DNA from: Eledone cirrhosa
Taxonomy: Eukaryota
Direction: 5' to 3'
DNA length: 64,000 nt
Assembly: GCA_964016885.1 (NCBI GenBank)
Contig: OZ024762.1
Coordinates: 8,432,001-8,496,000, forward strand
The notes beneath the pieces were generated by a model. It was not told the origin of the DNA. It searched no databases and saw only the letters and a program-made list of their open reading frames with translations. The number at the start of each line of letters is the position of its first letter. Positions within the stretch are counted from its first letter, which is position 1. Below are positions 36,365-49,719 of this stretch, piece by piece. The position numbers were made by a program, and so were the translations under genes.

Positions 36365-37725
36365 CAATGTGGGGTTTACATTAAATATAATGTAGGGGTT
36401 ATATTGAATATAATGTAGGGGTTATATTGAATATAGTGTAGGGGTTACATTGAATATAATGTAGGGTTTATATTGAATATAATGTAGGGGTTTACATTGA
36501 ATATAATGTAGGGTTTATATTGAATATAATGTAGGGTTTTATATTAAATATAATGTAGGGGTTATATTGAATATAATGTAGGGGTTATATTGAATATAGT
36601 GTAGGGGTTACATTGAATATAATGTAGGGTTTATATTGAATATAATGTAGGGTTTTACATTGAATATAATGTAGGGGTTTATATTGAATATAATGTAGGG
36701 TTTTACATTGAATATAATGTAGGGGTTATATTGAATATAATGTAGGGTTTACATTGAATATAATGTGGGGTTACATTGAATATAATGTAGGGGTTATATT
36801 GAATATAATGTAGGGGTTACATTGAATATAATGTAGGGTTTACATTGACTCTAATGTAGGGGTTATATTGAATATAATGTAGGGTTTACATTGAATATAA
36901 TGTGGGGTTTACAGTGAGTATAATGTAGGGGTTACATTGAATATAATGTGGGGGTTATATTGAATATAGTGTAGGGGTTACATTGAATATAATGTGGGGT
37001 TACATTGAATATAATGTAGGGGTTATATTGAATATAGTGTAGGGGTTACATCATCATCATCATCAGGTTTAGCGTCCGTGTTCCACGCTTGCATGGGTTT
37101 GGACGGGGGTTTTCCCACTTGAGGCAAGAGTGGTTGTCTTGCTCGCATAGGACTGTCTGGCGGGTTTTCTACAGTTGGATGCCCTTCCTAACACCAACCA
37201 CATTTACAGTGTGGGGCTGGGAGGTTTTTACCGTGTTGCCTACACGGCCACATTACAGCGTGGACTGTCTGGCGGGTTTTCTACAGCTGGATGCCCTTCC
37301 TAACACCAACCACATTTACAGTGTGGGGCTGGGAGGTTTTTACCGTGTTGCCTACACGGCCACATTTACAGCGTGGACTGTGTGTTTTTTGTCGTGACAC
37401 CTACACGATCTCATTTGTTTCGGCCTGGATGTTGTGGGACCAACATAACTTTACATTGAAAGGGGCGGTGTGGGTGGGGTGGAGGTGGTGGGACGGGGGT
37501 GTGTTTTGATAGAGGTGCCTACTGACTGTAGTAGGTTTTTACTTTGTATTTAGGTAAGGCGGGTCTTCTCTATTACTGAGTACCGCCAAAGGTTACATTG
37601 AATATAATGTAGGGTTTAAATTGACTCTAATGTAGGGTTACATTGAATATAATGTAGGGTTTACATTGAATATAATGTGGGGTTTACAGTGAGTATAATG
37701 TAGGGGTTACATTGAATATAATGGG
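36365..37725. repeat. ~23 bp minisatellite (tgaatataatgtaggggtta(t/c)at) interrupted by an RTE-type 3' fragment (37049-37590, minus strand)
   Basis: The array resumes after the insertion; ggttacat is present at both junctions. Confidence 0.88.
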
Positions 37726-37987
37726 CTGAAATCAACAAAAACAACTTCAAATTCTTCTGAACTCAACTTTGCCATTCATTGGTGAAATAAAATATACTTG
37801 GCTCTGAGTAATTGACTTATTCCTCCCCTCAAATGTGATGGCTTTGTGCTTAAATCCACTGATTTTAGTACAAAGGCAGTGGATTGGCAGTAAAATTTAT
37901 TACTATTGGGGTTGTTTTATTGACCACCCCGCAAAAAATTTGTTGGCCTTGTGCCCAAATCAGAAACCATTATTATGAGGGTCGGAG

Positions 37988-38215
37988 GGTGGTGGATTGG
38001 CAGTATCGGTAGAGCATTGGACGCCATTCTTTGCAGCATAGAGTTACGGCCCTTTACGATCTGAGTTCAAATCCCGCCAAGGTTAACTTTGCCTTTCATC
38101 CTTACGGGGGTCGATAAAATAAAGTACCAGTTACACACAGGGGTCGATTTAATTGACTTTCCCCTCGCCCAAAATTGCTGGCCTTGTGCCTAAATCAGAA
38201 ACCATTATTATTATT
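37988..38215 (+). mobile_element. Full-length S1 SINE (long variant), preceded by degenerate copies
   Basis: Complete head, core and tail ending (att)n. Confidence 0.88.
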
Positions 38216-38746
38216 AATATGTAACCCAGGAATAATATGGTGTCACACGAGATACCTTTTGGTATTTCTCCTGGGTCTTTGTTCTGAGTTCAAACCCTGC
38301 AGTGGTCGGTCTACATGGGTGGCAGGCTTAAATACCTGGGTGTCTTTAGCAGACTCTAGATTCTATTTCAAGTATTTAGGGGTCAGGCCACCACAGTTTG
38401 AGGTCAACTTCCTTCTTTCCTGACACCATTTTGAGGCCCTTACAAAGGAGTATGAACATCCCTCTTTCCCCCTTATTTTTACTAAATAGTAAAAATAAAA
38501 CATTGCAGTCATGGCTGTCCCATTTTTAAAGGTCATGTAGTCCTTTAATTGTTAATGTAGCCTTCCTTTACTTAAGGAGGATGAGGAATAATAAGAGGGC
38601 ATTTCACTACTATTTCTAGCTGGTCGGAAGATAGTGCAAGGGCTCCCTAGATTTAGGTTAGGTGTAAACAAGATATATTTATATATATATATATATATAT
38701 ACATACACACACACATGTATACATACACACATGTGAGTAAAATTAT

Positions 38747-40343
38747 ATCATCATCACCGTTTTACGTCCGTTCTTCCACGCTAGCATGGGTTAGACGGGT
38801 TGTCCTGTTGTGGGCAGTGTCTGGTCGGCTGACCATGCCTTGCTCATACAGGAACTGATCTGGCTTGATTTCTACAGCTGGATGCCCTTCCTAACACCAA
38901 CCTCATTTACAGTGAGTGCTGGGTGCTTTTTCGTGGCGCCTACACGTCCACTTTACAGTGTGGGCTGGGTGCTTTTTTGCCGTGGCACCTCCACGACCAC
39001 CTTGCGGTGGGGGGAGGGGGGCATATTGTTTATATGCTTCAGCATGTACCCATGGGAGGTCGGGTACCCTGTATTACTGCGTGACGCCAGAAGTCACGGT
39101 CGTGTGTCATTGACTTTGAGAGGTGTAGTTGGGTAAGGTCGGCTTTTATCACCTCATCCCAAGTCATCTTGGGTCTCCCCACTCCGCGGTTTCCATCAAC
39201 TTCTAGTGCTCTGCACCTTTTTATGCAGCTGTCATCCTTCATACGCATCACATGTCCATACCAGCGTAACCGCCTCTCCTGCACGCAGCATTTGATTCCT
39301 CTTATGCTCAGTCTCTCTCTCAATTCCTTTATGCTTTGTCGTTCACGTATATTACTGTTACACATCCATCGGAGCATGCAGGCTTCGTTTCTCTCTAATC
39401 TACGTAAGTCTTCCACCTTCAGCGCCCAGGTCTCACTACCATGCAACATCGCTGTTCGGATACACGCATCATACAGTCTGCCTTTTATTCTGAGGGAGAA
39501 GCCTTTTGCAGCTAGCAGTGGTAGTAGTTCCCTAAACTTCTTCCATCCCGTTCTTACCCTAGTTATTGTACTTTCTGAGCACCCACCTCCGTTGCTAATT
39601 CGGTCACCTAGGTAGCAGAAGCTGTCTACTGTTTCTACAGGGCCCTCCCAGAGATTGGTGGTACTTGTTTCCTGTGGCTGTTTGCTTGCTGTTTCAGCAC
39701 AGCTGCTGCATGTGAATCCTACATTCTTAATTAAGCTTCCTGAGATCCCGCTACATCTCTTGTGTACCCATTGTTTGCATTTGGGGCAGAGAATGGAGTT
39801 CCTACCTACACCTTTCCTACATACTGAGCAAGGCCATTTCCCTGAGGGGATCTGGGTTCTGTTTTCTCGTCTACTTATAAGGACCTTAGTCTTTGTCATG
39901 TTGACTTTGAGGCCCTTTCTCTCTAGTCCCTGCTTCCAGGTTTGGAATTTATTCTCTAGTTCTACCATAGATTCAGCTATGAGTGCGAGGTCATCAGCAT
40001 ACAGGAGTTCCCATGGGCATCCGGTCTTAAACTCCTCCGTTATTGCCTGCAGGACTATGATGAACAGGAGAGGGCTAAGAACAGAGCCCTGGTGGACCCC
40101 AACCTGTACGCTAAATTCCTCGCTATACTCATTGCCAATCCTAACTTTGCTGACTGCTCCCCTATACATGGCTTGTACCGCTTTCACAAGCCATTCATCT
40201 ACTCCTAGTTTTCTAAGAGCCCACCAGATTACTGCACGTGGAACTCTGTCAAAGGCTTTCTCAAGGTCGACAAATGCCAAGTAGAGTGGCTTACTTTTAG
40301 CTAGGTACTTTTCCTGTAATTGCCTCACAAGGAAGAGGGCATC
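38747..40343 (-). mobile_element. 5'-truncated RTE-clade LINE with intact 3' UTR and (TGA)n tail
   Basis: Uninterrupted ORF followed by a ~290 nt UTR ending ggacgtaaaacggtgatgatgat. Confidence 0.95.
39039..40328 (-). CDS. RTE ORF C-terminal half: partial reverse transcriptase, PHD-type finger, RTE C-terminal region
   Basis: FVDLEKAFDRV, GVHQGSVLSPLLF, LLYADDL, C4HC3 motif, FCYLG, HGSETW, RRLRWYGHV, GRPKMTW. Lacks the endonuclease, so non-autonomous. Confidence 0.9.
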   Translation of the reverse strand: MRQLQEKYLAKSKPLYLAFVDLEKAFDRVPRAVIWWALRKLGVDEWLVKAVQAMYRGAVSKVRIGNEYSEEFSVQVGVHQGSVLSPLLFIIVLQAITEEFKTGCPWELLYADDLALIAESMVELENKFQTWKQGLERKGLKVNMTKTKVLISRRENRTQIPSGKWPCSVCRKGVGRNSILCPKCKQWVHKRCSGISGSLIKNVGFTCSSCAETASKQPQETSTTNLWEGPVETVDSFCYLGDRISNGGGCSESTITRVRTGWKKFRELLPLLAAKGFSLRIKGRLYDACIRTAMLHGSETWALKVEDLRRLERNEACMLRWMCNSNIRERQSIKELRERLSIRGIKCCVQERRLRWYGHVMRMKDDSCIKRCRALEVDGNRGVGRPKMTWDEVIKADLTQLHLSKSMTHDRDFWRHAVIQGTRPPMGTC

Positions 40344-40547
40344 ATATATATATTTATATATATATTATATATATATACACACACACACATGTATACATAC
40401 ACACATGTGAGTAGAATTATATATATTTATATATATACATACACACACACATGTATACATACACACATGTGAGTAAAATTATATATATTTATATATATAT
40501 TATATATATATACACACACACATGTATACATACACACATGTGAGTAG

Positions 40548-40592
<45 letters not shown>

Positions 40593-40617
40593 TGTATACA
40601 TACACACATGTGAGTAG

Positions 40618-40660
<43 letters not shown>

Positions 40661-40702
40661 TGTATACATACACACATGTGAGTAAAATTATATATATTCA
40701 TA

Positions 40703-40745
<43 letters not shown>

Positions 40746-40773
40746 TGTATACATACACACATGTGAGTAGAAT

Positions 40774-40832
<59 letters not shown>

Positions 40833-40860
40833 TGTATACATACACACATGTGAGTAGAAT

Positions 40861-40894
<34 letters not shown>

Positions 40895-41225
40895 ATATAT
40901 ACACACACACATGTATACATACACACATGTGAGTAAAATTATATATATTTATATATATATTATATATATATATATACACACACACACATGTATACATACA
41001 CACATGTGAGTAAAATTATATATATTTATATATATATTATATATATATATATATATACGCACACACATGTATACATACACACATGTGAGTAAAATTATAT
41101 ATATTTATATATATATTATATATATTATATATATACACACACACATGTATACATACACACATGTGAGTAAAATTATATATATTTATATATATATTATATA
41201 TATATATATGGTGGCTGCCAACTCG

Positions 41226-41261
<36 letters not shown>

Positions 41262-41667
41262 TGTATACATACACACATGTGAGTAGAATTATATATATAT
41301 ATATATATACATACACACACACATGTATACATACACACATGTGAGTAAAATTATATATATATATACACACACACATGTATACATACACACATGTGAGTAG
41401 AATTATATATATATATATTATATATATATACACACACACATGTATACATACACACATGTGAGTAAAATTATATATATTTATATATATATTATATATATAT
41501 ATACACACACATGTATACATACACACATGTGAGTAGAATTATATATATATATACACACACACATGTATACATACACACATGTGAGTAGAATTATATATAT
41601 ATATATATATACATACACACACACATGTATACATACACACATGTGAGTAAAATTATATATATTTATA

Positions 41668-41708
<41 letters not shown>

Positions 41709-41871
41709 TGTATACATACACACATGTGAGTAGAATTATATATATATATATATATACACACACACATGTATACATACACACATGTGAGTAAAATTATATA
41801 TATTTATATATATTATATATATATATATATATACACACACACATGTATACATACACACATGTGAGTAGAAT

Positions 41872-41885
<14 letters not shown>
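40344..41885. repeat. Minisatellite acacacatgtatacatacacacatgtgagta(a/g)aatt + variable (TA)n, more than 20 units
   Basis: Directly visible. One more unit lies left of the LINE (38705-38746) and one inverted unit lies at ~42288-42328. Confidence 0.92.
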
Positions 41886-41954
<69 letters not shown>

Positions 41955-41998
41955 ATTTATACTGCCCCTCTGTTTTTTTGTTCCTGTCTAATATTTAA

Positions 41999-42046
<48 letters not shown>

Positions 42047-42131
42047 ATATATACTGTATATATATATATTTATATATATATACTGTATATATATATATAT
42101 TTATATATATATATACTGTATATATATATAG

Positions 42132-42173
<42 letters not shown>

Positions 42174-42221
42174 TGTATATATATATATATTTATATATAT
42201 ATATACTGTATATATATATAG

Positions 42222-42279
<58 letters not shown>

Positions 42280-42317
42280 TATATATATAATTCTACTCAC
42301 ATGTGTGTATGTATACA

Positions 42318-42360
<43 letters not shown>

Positions 42361-42699
42361 TATATTTATATATATATATATACTGTATATATATATATAT
42401 TTATATATATATATACTGTATATATATCTACAGATGTGAGTATAAGGGATGCTAGAGATGAGGAGGCTGGAAGAGTTGCTAGTTAAGGATTGTGGGGAAG
42501 AGAGCTTTTGACACATGGTAAGGAAGGAAATAGGTGAAGGGAAGGGAGGGGGGGGGGTTGTCCGGATGGAGAAGAGGGCGGGTGGAGGGTGGGTAGAAAA
42601 TAGGGGTAATTGTTAAGGGTTTGAGGGTATGTGTGTGAGTGTGTGGGGGGTGTTAGAGGACTGAAGTGTGAACAGATATAGAGATTACACCCATACAGT

Positions 42700-42783
42700 C
42701 GTTGGTGTATACATACACATATATACACATACATTCATTGGTGTATATATACATATATATATATATACTCACACAATCATTGG

Positions 42784-42816
<33 letters not shown>

Positions 42817-42842
42817 GTACACACACCCACAATTATTGGGGG

Positions 42843-42879
<37 letters not shown>

Positions 42880-43460
42880 TGCATTGGTGTATACACATAC
42901 ACACATATATACACACACAATCATTGGTGTATACATATATATATATATATATACACACAATCAGTGGGGGATACATAGATATATATATATACACACAATC
43001 ATTGGGGGATACATAGATATATATATATACATACATTCATTGGTGTATACATAAATATATATACACACATTCATTGGTGTATACATAAACATATATACAC
43101 ACATTCATTGGTGTATACATAAATATATATACATACATTCATTGGTGTATGCATAAATATATATACACACATTCATTGGTGTATACATAAATATATATAC
43201 ATACATTCATTGGTGTATACATAAATATATATACATACATTTATTATACACACATTCATTGGTATATACATAAACATATATACACACATTCATTGGTGTA
43301 TACATAAATATATATACACACATTCATTGGTGTATACATAAACATATATACACACATTCATTGGTGTATACATAAATATATATACACACATTCATTGGTG
43401 TATACATAAACATATATATACATAAACATATATACACATACACACAATTATCGGTGTATA
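42700..43460. repeat. ~32 bp minisatellite (cattcattggtgtatacataaa...)
   Basis: Directly visible. Confidence 0.88.
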
Positions 43461-43504
43461 TATAAATGTACACACTTACATATGGACACACTCACAAATA
43501 TTTT

Positions 43505-44142
43505 AGTGGTACAAATTACAGAGCTAACTTGGGGTACTAAATACCCAGGTACACATTGTAGGGCTAACATAGGGTACTAAATGCCCTGGTACACATTGTA
43601 GGGCTAACATAGGGTACTAAATGCCCTGGTACACATTGTAGAGCCAGTCTAGGGTCCTATATACCGAGGCAGACCTTATAGGGCTAGTATGGGGTGCTAT
43701 ACCCAGCTACACGTTGTAGAGCTTTCCTAGGGAGCTAAATACCCAGGTGCACATTGTAGAACTTGCCCAGGGAGCTAAATATCCAGGTACACGTTGAAGA
43801 GCTTGCCTAGGGAACTAAATAGCCTGGTACTGGTTGAAGAGCTTGCCTAGGGAGCTAAATACCCAGGTTCACATTGAAGAGCTAGCCTAGGGAGCTAAAT
43901 ACCCAGGTTCACGTTGAAGAGCTTGCCTAGGGAGCTAAATACTCAGGTACACGTTGAAGAGCTTGTCTAGGGAGCTAAATACCCAGGTACACATTGAAGA
44001 GCTTGTCTAGGGAGCTAAATACCCTGGTACACGTTGAAGGGGTTGCCTAGGGAGCTAAATACCCTGGTACACGTTGAGCTAGCCTAGATTGCTAAATACC
44101 CTGGTACATGTTTTAGAGCTAGCCTAGGTAGCTAAATTCCCA
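43505..44142. repeat. 40 bp minisatellite (ggagctaaatacccaggtacacgttgaagagcttgcctag), ~16 units
   Basis: ggagctaaat-like starts recur every 40 nt from 43731 to 44051. Confidence 0.92.
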
Positions 44143-44305
44143 AACACAAGTCCTACTCACTAAGTACAGCACCTTTGGCATTTGACATATGCAGACAACC
44201 TTGACCTTCAACAATTGAACTTCAACACAGTATGTTTCCTTGACCTTTGACATATGTACATCATGTGAAATAGCTCTCCTCCTCTCTCTCAAATACACAC
44301 CTTAC

Positions 44306-44376
44306 TTGTCTAAACTTGATTGACTTTCTTAAATCTGCTAATTTACATTTAAGGAAGGGTGGATCACCATGACATG
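44306..44376 (-). CDS. Possible upstream exon ([23 protein letters not shown]) or 5' UTR exon
   Basis: Strong donor caa|gtaagg ending in phase 0, compatible with exon 13590. The acceptor lacks a pyrimidine tract. Confidence 0.25.
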
Positions 44377-44411
44377 CTGTATTTATGCATGTATGTATAT
44401 GACTATGTATG

Positions 44412-44458
<47 letters not shown>

Positions 44459-44479
44459 ATGAATGTGACTATGTATGTA

Positions 44480-44513
<34 letters not shown>

Positions 44514-44548
44514 GGTATGTAAATATGTGTGTATTCACACACAGACAG

Positions 44549-44664
<116 letters not shown>

Positions 44665-45310
44665 ATGCATATATATCTGCATTTGTACATATGTATACAT
44701 ATATACATACCTATATATACATACATACATACCTATATATACATACATACATACATACCTATATATACATACATACCTATATATACATACATACATACCT
44801 ATATATACATACATACCTATATATACATACATACCTATATATACATACATACATACCTATATATATATATATATATATATTACATCTACTTTTCCCTGTT
44901 TGCAAAGGTGAAATGTGTGTGTGTTTGTGTGTGTTTGTGTGTGTGTAATAAATATGAAGGAGTGTGATGTGAGTGTGTGTGTATGTGCCTGTGTGTGTGT
45001 GAGAGAGAGTGTGTGTGTGTAATAGATATGAAGGAGTGTGTGTGTATGTGAGTGTGTGTGTGGGTGTGGGTGTAATAGATATGAAGGAGTGTGTGTGTAT
45101 GTGAGTGTGTGTGTGTATGTGTATGTGTGGGTGTGGGTGTAATAGATATGAAGGAGTGTGTGTGTGTATGTGTGTGTAATAGATATGAAAGAGTATGTGA
45201 GTGTGTATGTGTATGTGTATGTATGTGTGTGTGTGTGTCAGTAGAAATGACCAGTAAAGAAATTTGAGAAATTTGCTGGCTGTCAATACATGTAAAGACA
45301 GGTAGGACAG

Positions 45311-46085
45311 GTGGTGGTGGTGGTGTGGTGTGGTGGTGGTGGTGGTGTGGTGGTGGTGATGGTGTGGTGGTGTGGCGGTGTGGTGGTGTGGTGTTGGTGG
45401 TGGTGTGGTGTGGTGGTGGTGTGGTGGTGGTGGTGGTGTGGTGGTGATGGTGTGGTGGTGGTGATGGTGTGGTGGTGGTGGTGGTGTGGTGTGGTGGTGG
45501 TGGTGTGGTGGTGATGGTGTGGTGGTGGTTGGTGGTGATGGTGTGGTGGTGGTGGTGTGGTGGTGGTGTGGTGTGGTGGTGGTGATGGTGGTGTGGTGGT
45601 GGTGTGGTGTGATGTGGTGGTGTGGTGGTGTGGTTGTGGTGGTGGTGTGGTGTGATGTGGTGGTGTGGTGGTGGTATGGTGGTGGTGTGGTGGTGGTATG
45701 GTGGTGATGTGGTGGTGTGGTGGTGTGGTGTGATGTGGTGGTGATGGTGGTGTGGTGGTGGTGTGGTGTGGTGGTGGTGGTGTGGTGGTGATAGTGTGGT
45801 GTGGTGGTGGTGTGGTGGTGGTATGGTGGTGGTGTGGTGATGTGGTGGTGTGGTGGTGGTGGTGGTGATGTGGTGGTGGTGGTGTGGTGGTGGTGGTGTG
45901 GTGGTGGTGGTGATGTGGTGGTGGTGTGGTGGTGTGGTGTGGTGTGATGGTGGTGGTGTGATGGTGATGGTGTGATGGTGGTAGTGTTGTAGTGGTGGTG
46001 GTGGTGGTGCTGTAGTGGTGGTGGTGGTGGTGATGGCATTGGTGTGGAAGTATTGTGGTGGTGGTAGTGGCGTTGGGGTGGTGCT
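45311..46085. repeat. (GTG)n/(GTGTG)n tract
   Basis: Directly visible. Confidence 0.95.
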
Positions 46086-46405
46086 ATAGTAGTGGCGATG
46101 GCGTTGATGTAGTACACAGACTCACACACTGGCATACACCCATAATGACAGACACACAAACACACACACGCCCACACACCCATAATGACAGACACACAAA
46201 CACACACACACACGCTCACACACCCATAATCACAGACACATGAATACAAATACACACAGTCACACACACACAGTCACACACACACCAATGTACTTCACCT
46301 CCCACCTATTATAAATTGACAATCAAGTTAGGAATCAGGGTGAGAGATTTGTGGGGCAGGGGTGGTGGTGGTGGTGGGTATTAGTGGGGGTGGGGTGAGG
46401 GTCTT

Positions 46406-46419
46406 GTTGCCATGGCAGC
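46406..46419. promoter_or_regulatory. RFX X-box-like palindrome GTTGCCATGGCAGC
   Basis: 13/14 match to the canonical GTTGCCATGGCAAC, within a short unique island. Confidence 0.35.
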
Positions 46420-46554
46420 TGTTCTGCAGGAACAAAAGGTCAGCAATGTTGTGTCAAAGACACACAGACAGACATCAAAGAATTGGGAACTGAGGAAAGT
46501 GCAAGACAAAGGGACATTAACTGATAGGGAGACAGGGGTGGGGGGATATATATA

Positions 46555-47375
46555 GGCAAACAGAGAGAGGGGGAGTGAGAGATACAGGCAGACAGAGAGA
46601 GTGAGAGAGAGTGAGATATATAGACAGAGAATGAGGGAAAGAGAGGTATAGGCAGACAGAGAGAGGGGGAGTGAGAAAGAGATATAGACAGAGAGGGAGA
46701 TGGGAGTGAGAGAGAAAGAGATATAAGCGAAAGAGCGAGGGAGATATAGGCAGAGAGTAAGAGAGAGTATGAGAGATACGCAGAGTGGGGGAAGGAGAGA
46801 GATACATAGACAGAGTGAAAGAGAGATAGAAAGACAAAGAGTGAGGGAGAGTGAGAGAGAGATATAGACAGAGGGAGGGAGAGAGATATAGGCAGAGAGT
46901 AAGAGAGAGTATGAGAGATACACAGAGTGGGGGAAGGAGAGAGATACATAGACAGAGTGAAAGAGAGAGATAGAGAGACAAAGAGTGAGGGCGAGTGAGA
47001 GAGAGATATAGACAGAGGGAGGGAGAGAGATATAGGCAGAGAGTAAGAGAGAGTATGAGAGATACACAGAGTGGGGGGAGGGAGAGAGATACATAGACAG
47101 AGTGAAAGAGAGATACATAGACAAAGAGTGAGGGAGAGTGAGAGAGATATATAGACAGAGGGAGGGAGGGGGATTGATAGAGAGAGAGTGAGAGAGAGAG
47201 TTACATAGACAAACAAGGAGAGAGAGAGAGAGAGACAGACACAGGGTGAGGGAGGGAGATACATAGACAGTGTGTGTGTGAGAGAGAGAGAGAGAGGCAG
47301 AAGGGGTGGGGTGAGAGATATATAGACAGAGGGAGGGAGAGTGAGAATTAGAGAGTGATACATAGAGAGAGGGAT
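46555..47375. repeat. GA-rich tract with ~146 bp internal triplication
   Basis: ggcagagagtaagagagagtatgagagatac recurs three times. Confidence 0.85.
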
Positions 47376-47409
47376 AGTGATATATCAATATATATCGATA
47401 TATCAGCTC

Positions 47410-47441
<32 letters not shown>

Positions 47442-48237
47442 ATGTCTCACTGTGTGTGTATGTGTGTATTGGTGTGTGTGTTTGTGTGTTTGTGTGTGTG
47501 TGTGTTTGCAGTTTTTTGGAGGGTTTTCCCAGTCTATGTTGGTGTGGGGTGGTGGGGTAGAAAGGCTGGAATGGAAATATATTTGGTGGTTGTGGTGGTG
47601 TTGGTGATGGTGGTAGTGGTGGTGTTGGTGATGGTGGTGGTGTTGGTGATGCTGGTGGTGTTGGTGATGGTGGTAGTGGTGGTGGTGTTGGTGATGGGGG
47701 GGGGAGATGGTGGTGTTGGTGATGGTGGTAATGGTGGTGGGGTTGGTGATGCTGGTAGTGTTGGCGATGGTGGGGTGGGGGATGATGGTGGTAGTGGTGG
47801 TGGTGTTGGTGATGGCAGGGTGGTGGTGGTGGTGGTGGTGTTGGTGATGGTGGTAGTGTTGGTGATGGTAGAGGTATTGGTAGTGATGGAAGTAGTGGTA
47901 GTAGTGGTGGTGTTGGTGGCTGTGGTAGTAGTGGTGATGGCAGGTGGAGGTGGTGGTGTTAGTGATGGTGGTAACCTGACCCAAAAGGATATATTTCAGA
48001 ACTTGAAAACCATGAAATGGGGGAGGTTAGGTTAGGGCAACAGTGAAGATGATGGCAGTACCACCCTAACTATCATTAACAATGCCACAGTACCACCATT
48101 ACTACCACCCACCACCACCAACACTACCACCCACCACCACCACCACCTCCAGCGAGACCACCAACACCATTCCAGTGTTATTCAAGTGATAAATGACCAA
48201 ATTCCTATTGTATAATACATAGTGGTGGTGGTAGTAT

Positions 48238-48269
<32 letters not shown>

Positions 48270-48346
48270 ATCAAATTCCTATTGTATAATTTTTGGTGGT
48301 GATAGTGGTAGTAGAAATAGTAGTAGTAGTAGTAGTAGTAATAGTG

Positions 48347-48385
<39 letters not shown>

Positions 48386-48518
48386 ATAGTAGTAGGTAGT
48401 AGTAGTAATAGTAGTAGGTAGTAGTAGTAATAATAGTAGTGGTGGTGGTAGTATTATCATTATTAGTAATAAAATTCCTATTGTATAATTTTTTGTGGTG
48501 ATAGTGGTAGTAGAAATA

Positions 48519-48549
<31 letters not shown>

Positions 48550-48900
48550 CAGTAGTAGTAGTAGAGATAGTAGTAGCAGTAGCAGTAGTAGTAGTAGTTA
48601 AAGACACAACTATGTTTTAAAAAATAACAGTTCCCTCCATATTTCCTTTTTAGTCCATTGCAGCTCATTTGGAACAACACAGTTCCAAAATCCAATATTT
48701 CTAAACTTTCAGCCTCTCCCCGACAGATACATGGGCGGGGAGGTGATAAAATAAAGTACCAGTATTACACTGGGGTTGAATTAATCAACCTTTTCCCTTC
48801 CCTTCAAATTGCTGACCTTATGCCAAACAGAAACATCATTATCATCATCATCATCATTTTAATGTCTGTTTTTCCATGCTTGCTTGTTATTGTTATCTAC

Positions 48901-49075
48901 GGCAGTATCGGTAGAGGGTCGGACGCCATGCTTTGATGCATAGAGTTACGGCCCTTGCCATTCTGAGTTCAAATCCCGCTGAGGTTAACTTTGCCTTTCA
49001 TCCTTACGGGGTCGATAAAATAAAGTACCAGTAATGTACTGGGTAATTGCTGGCCTTGTTCCAAGAGTAGAAACA
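48901..49075 (+). mobile_element. S1 SINE with 9 bp TSD
   Basis: gttatctac at 48892-48900 and 49076-49084. Confidence 0.9.
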
Positions 49076-49245
49076 GTTATCTACATATAAATTTCTGCGA
49101 TTCTGTCACAACACGTAAAGAGAGAGGAGTAGTTTCACTACCTCATACTACTCCTCTCTCTTTACGTTTGCTATCTGCGTGAATGTATGTGGGATGTAAG
49201 CGTGTCTGCGTTTGCACATTTATATTTATATACTCATACATACTG

Positions 49246-49600
49246 GTGTCACGCAGTAATACAGAGTACCCGACCTCCCATGGGTACAAGCTGAAGCATA
49301 TAGACAATATGCCCCCACACCCCCCACTGCAAGGTGGTCGTGGAGGTGCCACGGCAAAAAAGCACCCAGCCCACACTGTAAAGTGGACGTGTAGGCGCCA
49401 CGAAAAAGCACCCAGCACTCACTGTAAATGGGGTTGGTGTTAGGAAGGGCATCCAGCTGTAGAAATCAAGCCAGAATCAGTTCCTGTATGAGCAAGGCAT
49501 GGTCAGCCGACCAGACACTGCCCACAACAGGACAACCCGTCTAACCCATGCTAGCGTGGAAGAACGGACGTAAAATGGTGATGATGATGATGATGATGAT
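49246..49600 (+). mobile_element. Severely 5'-truncated copy of the 38747-40343 RTE (last codons plus 3' UTR)
   Basis: Near-identical to the reverse complement of 38747-39088; (GAT)n tail. Confidence 0.92.
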
Positions 49601-49719
49601 ACACATACACATACATCAGTGTGTTGAAAAAAGTCCTAGTCATATCAAAAGAAAGCTGGGATAGTCACAGCTGGAGTGTCTTGTAGGCATGTCTGCTGGA
49701 TTAGATCGATCCTAGGGCT

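Noticed and set aside
39169-40284. Plus-strand 148 aa and 209 aa ORFs
   Set aside because: Antisense to the RTE ORF; commonly mis-annotated shadows.
42434-42517. Plus-strand exon-like segment ending ATG|GTAAGG
   Set aside because: Stops in all three frames and a poor acceptor; a non-coding exon cannot be excluded.
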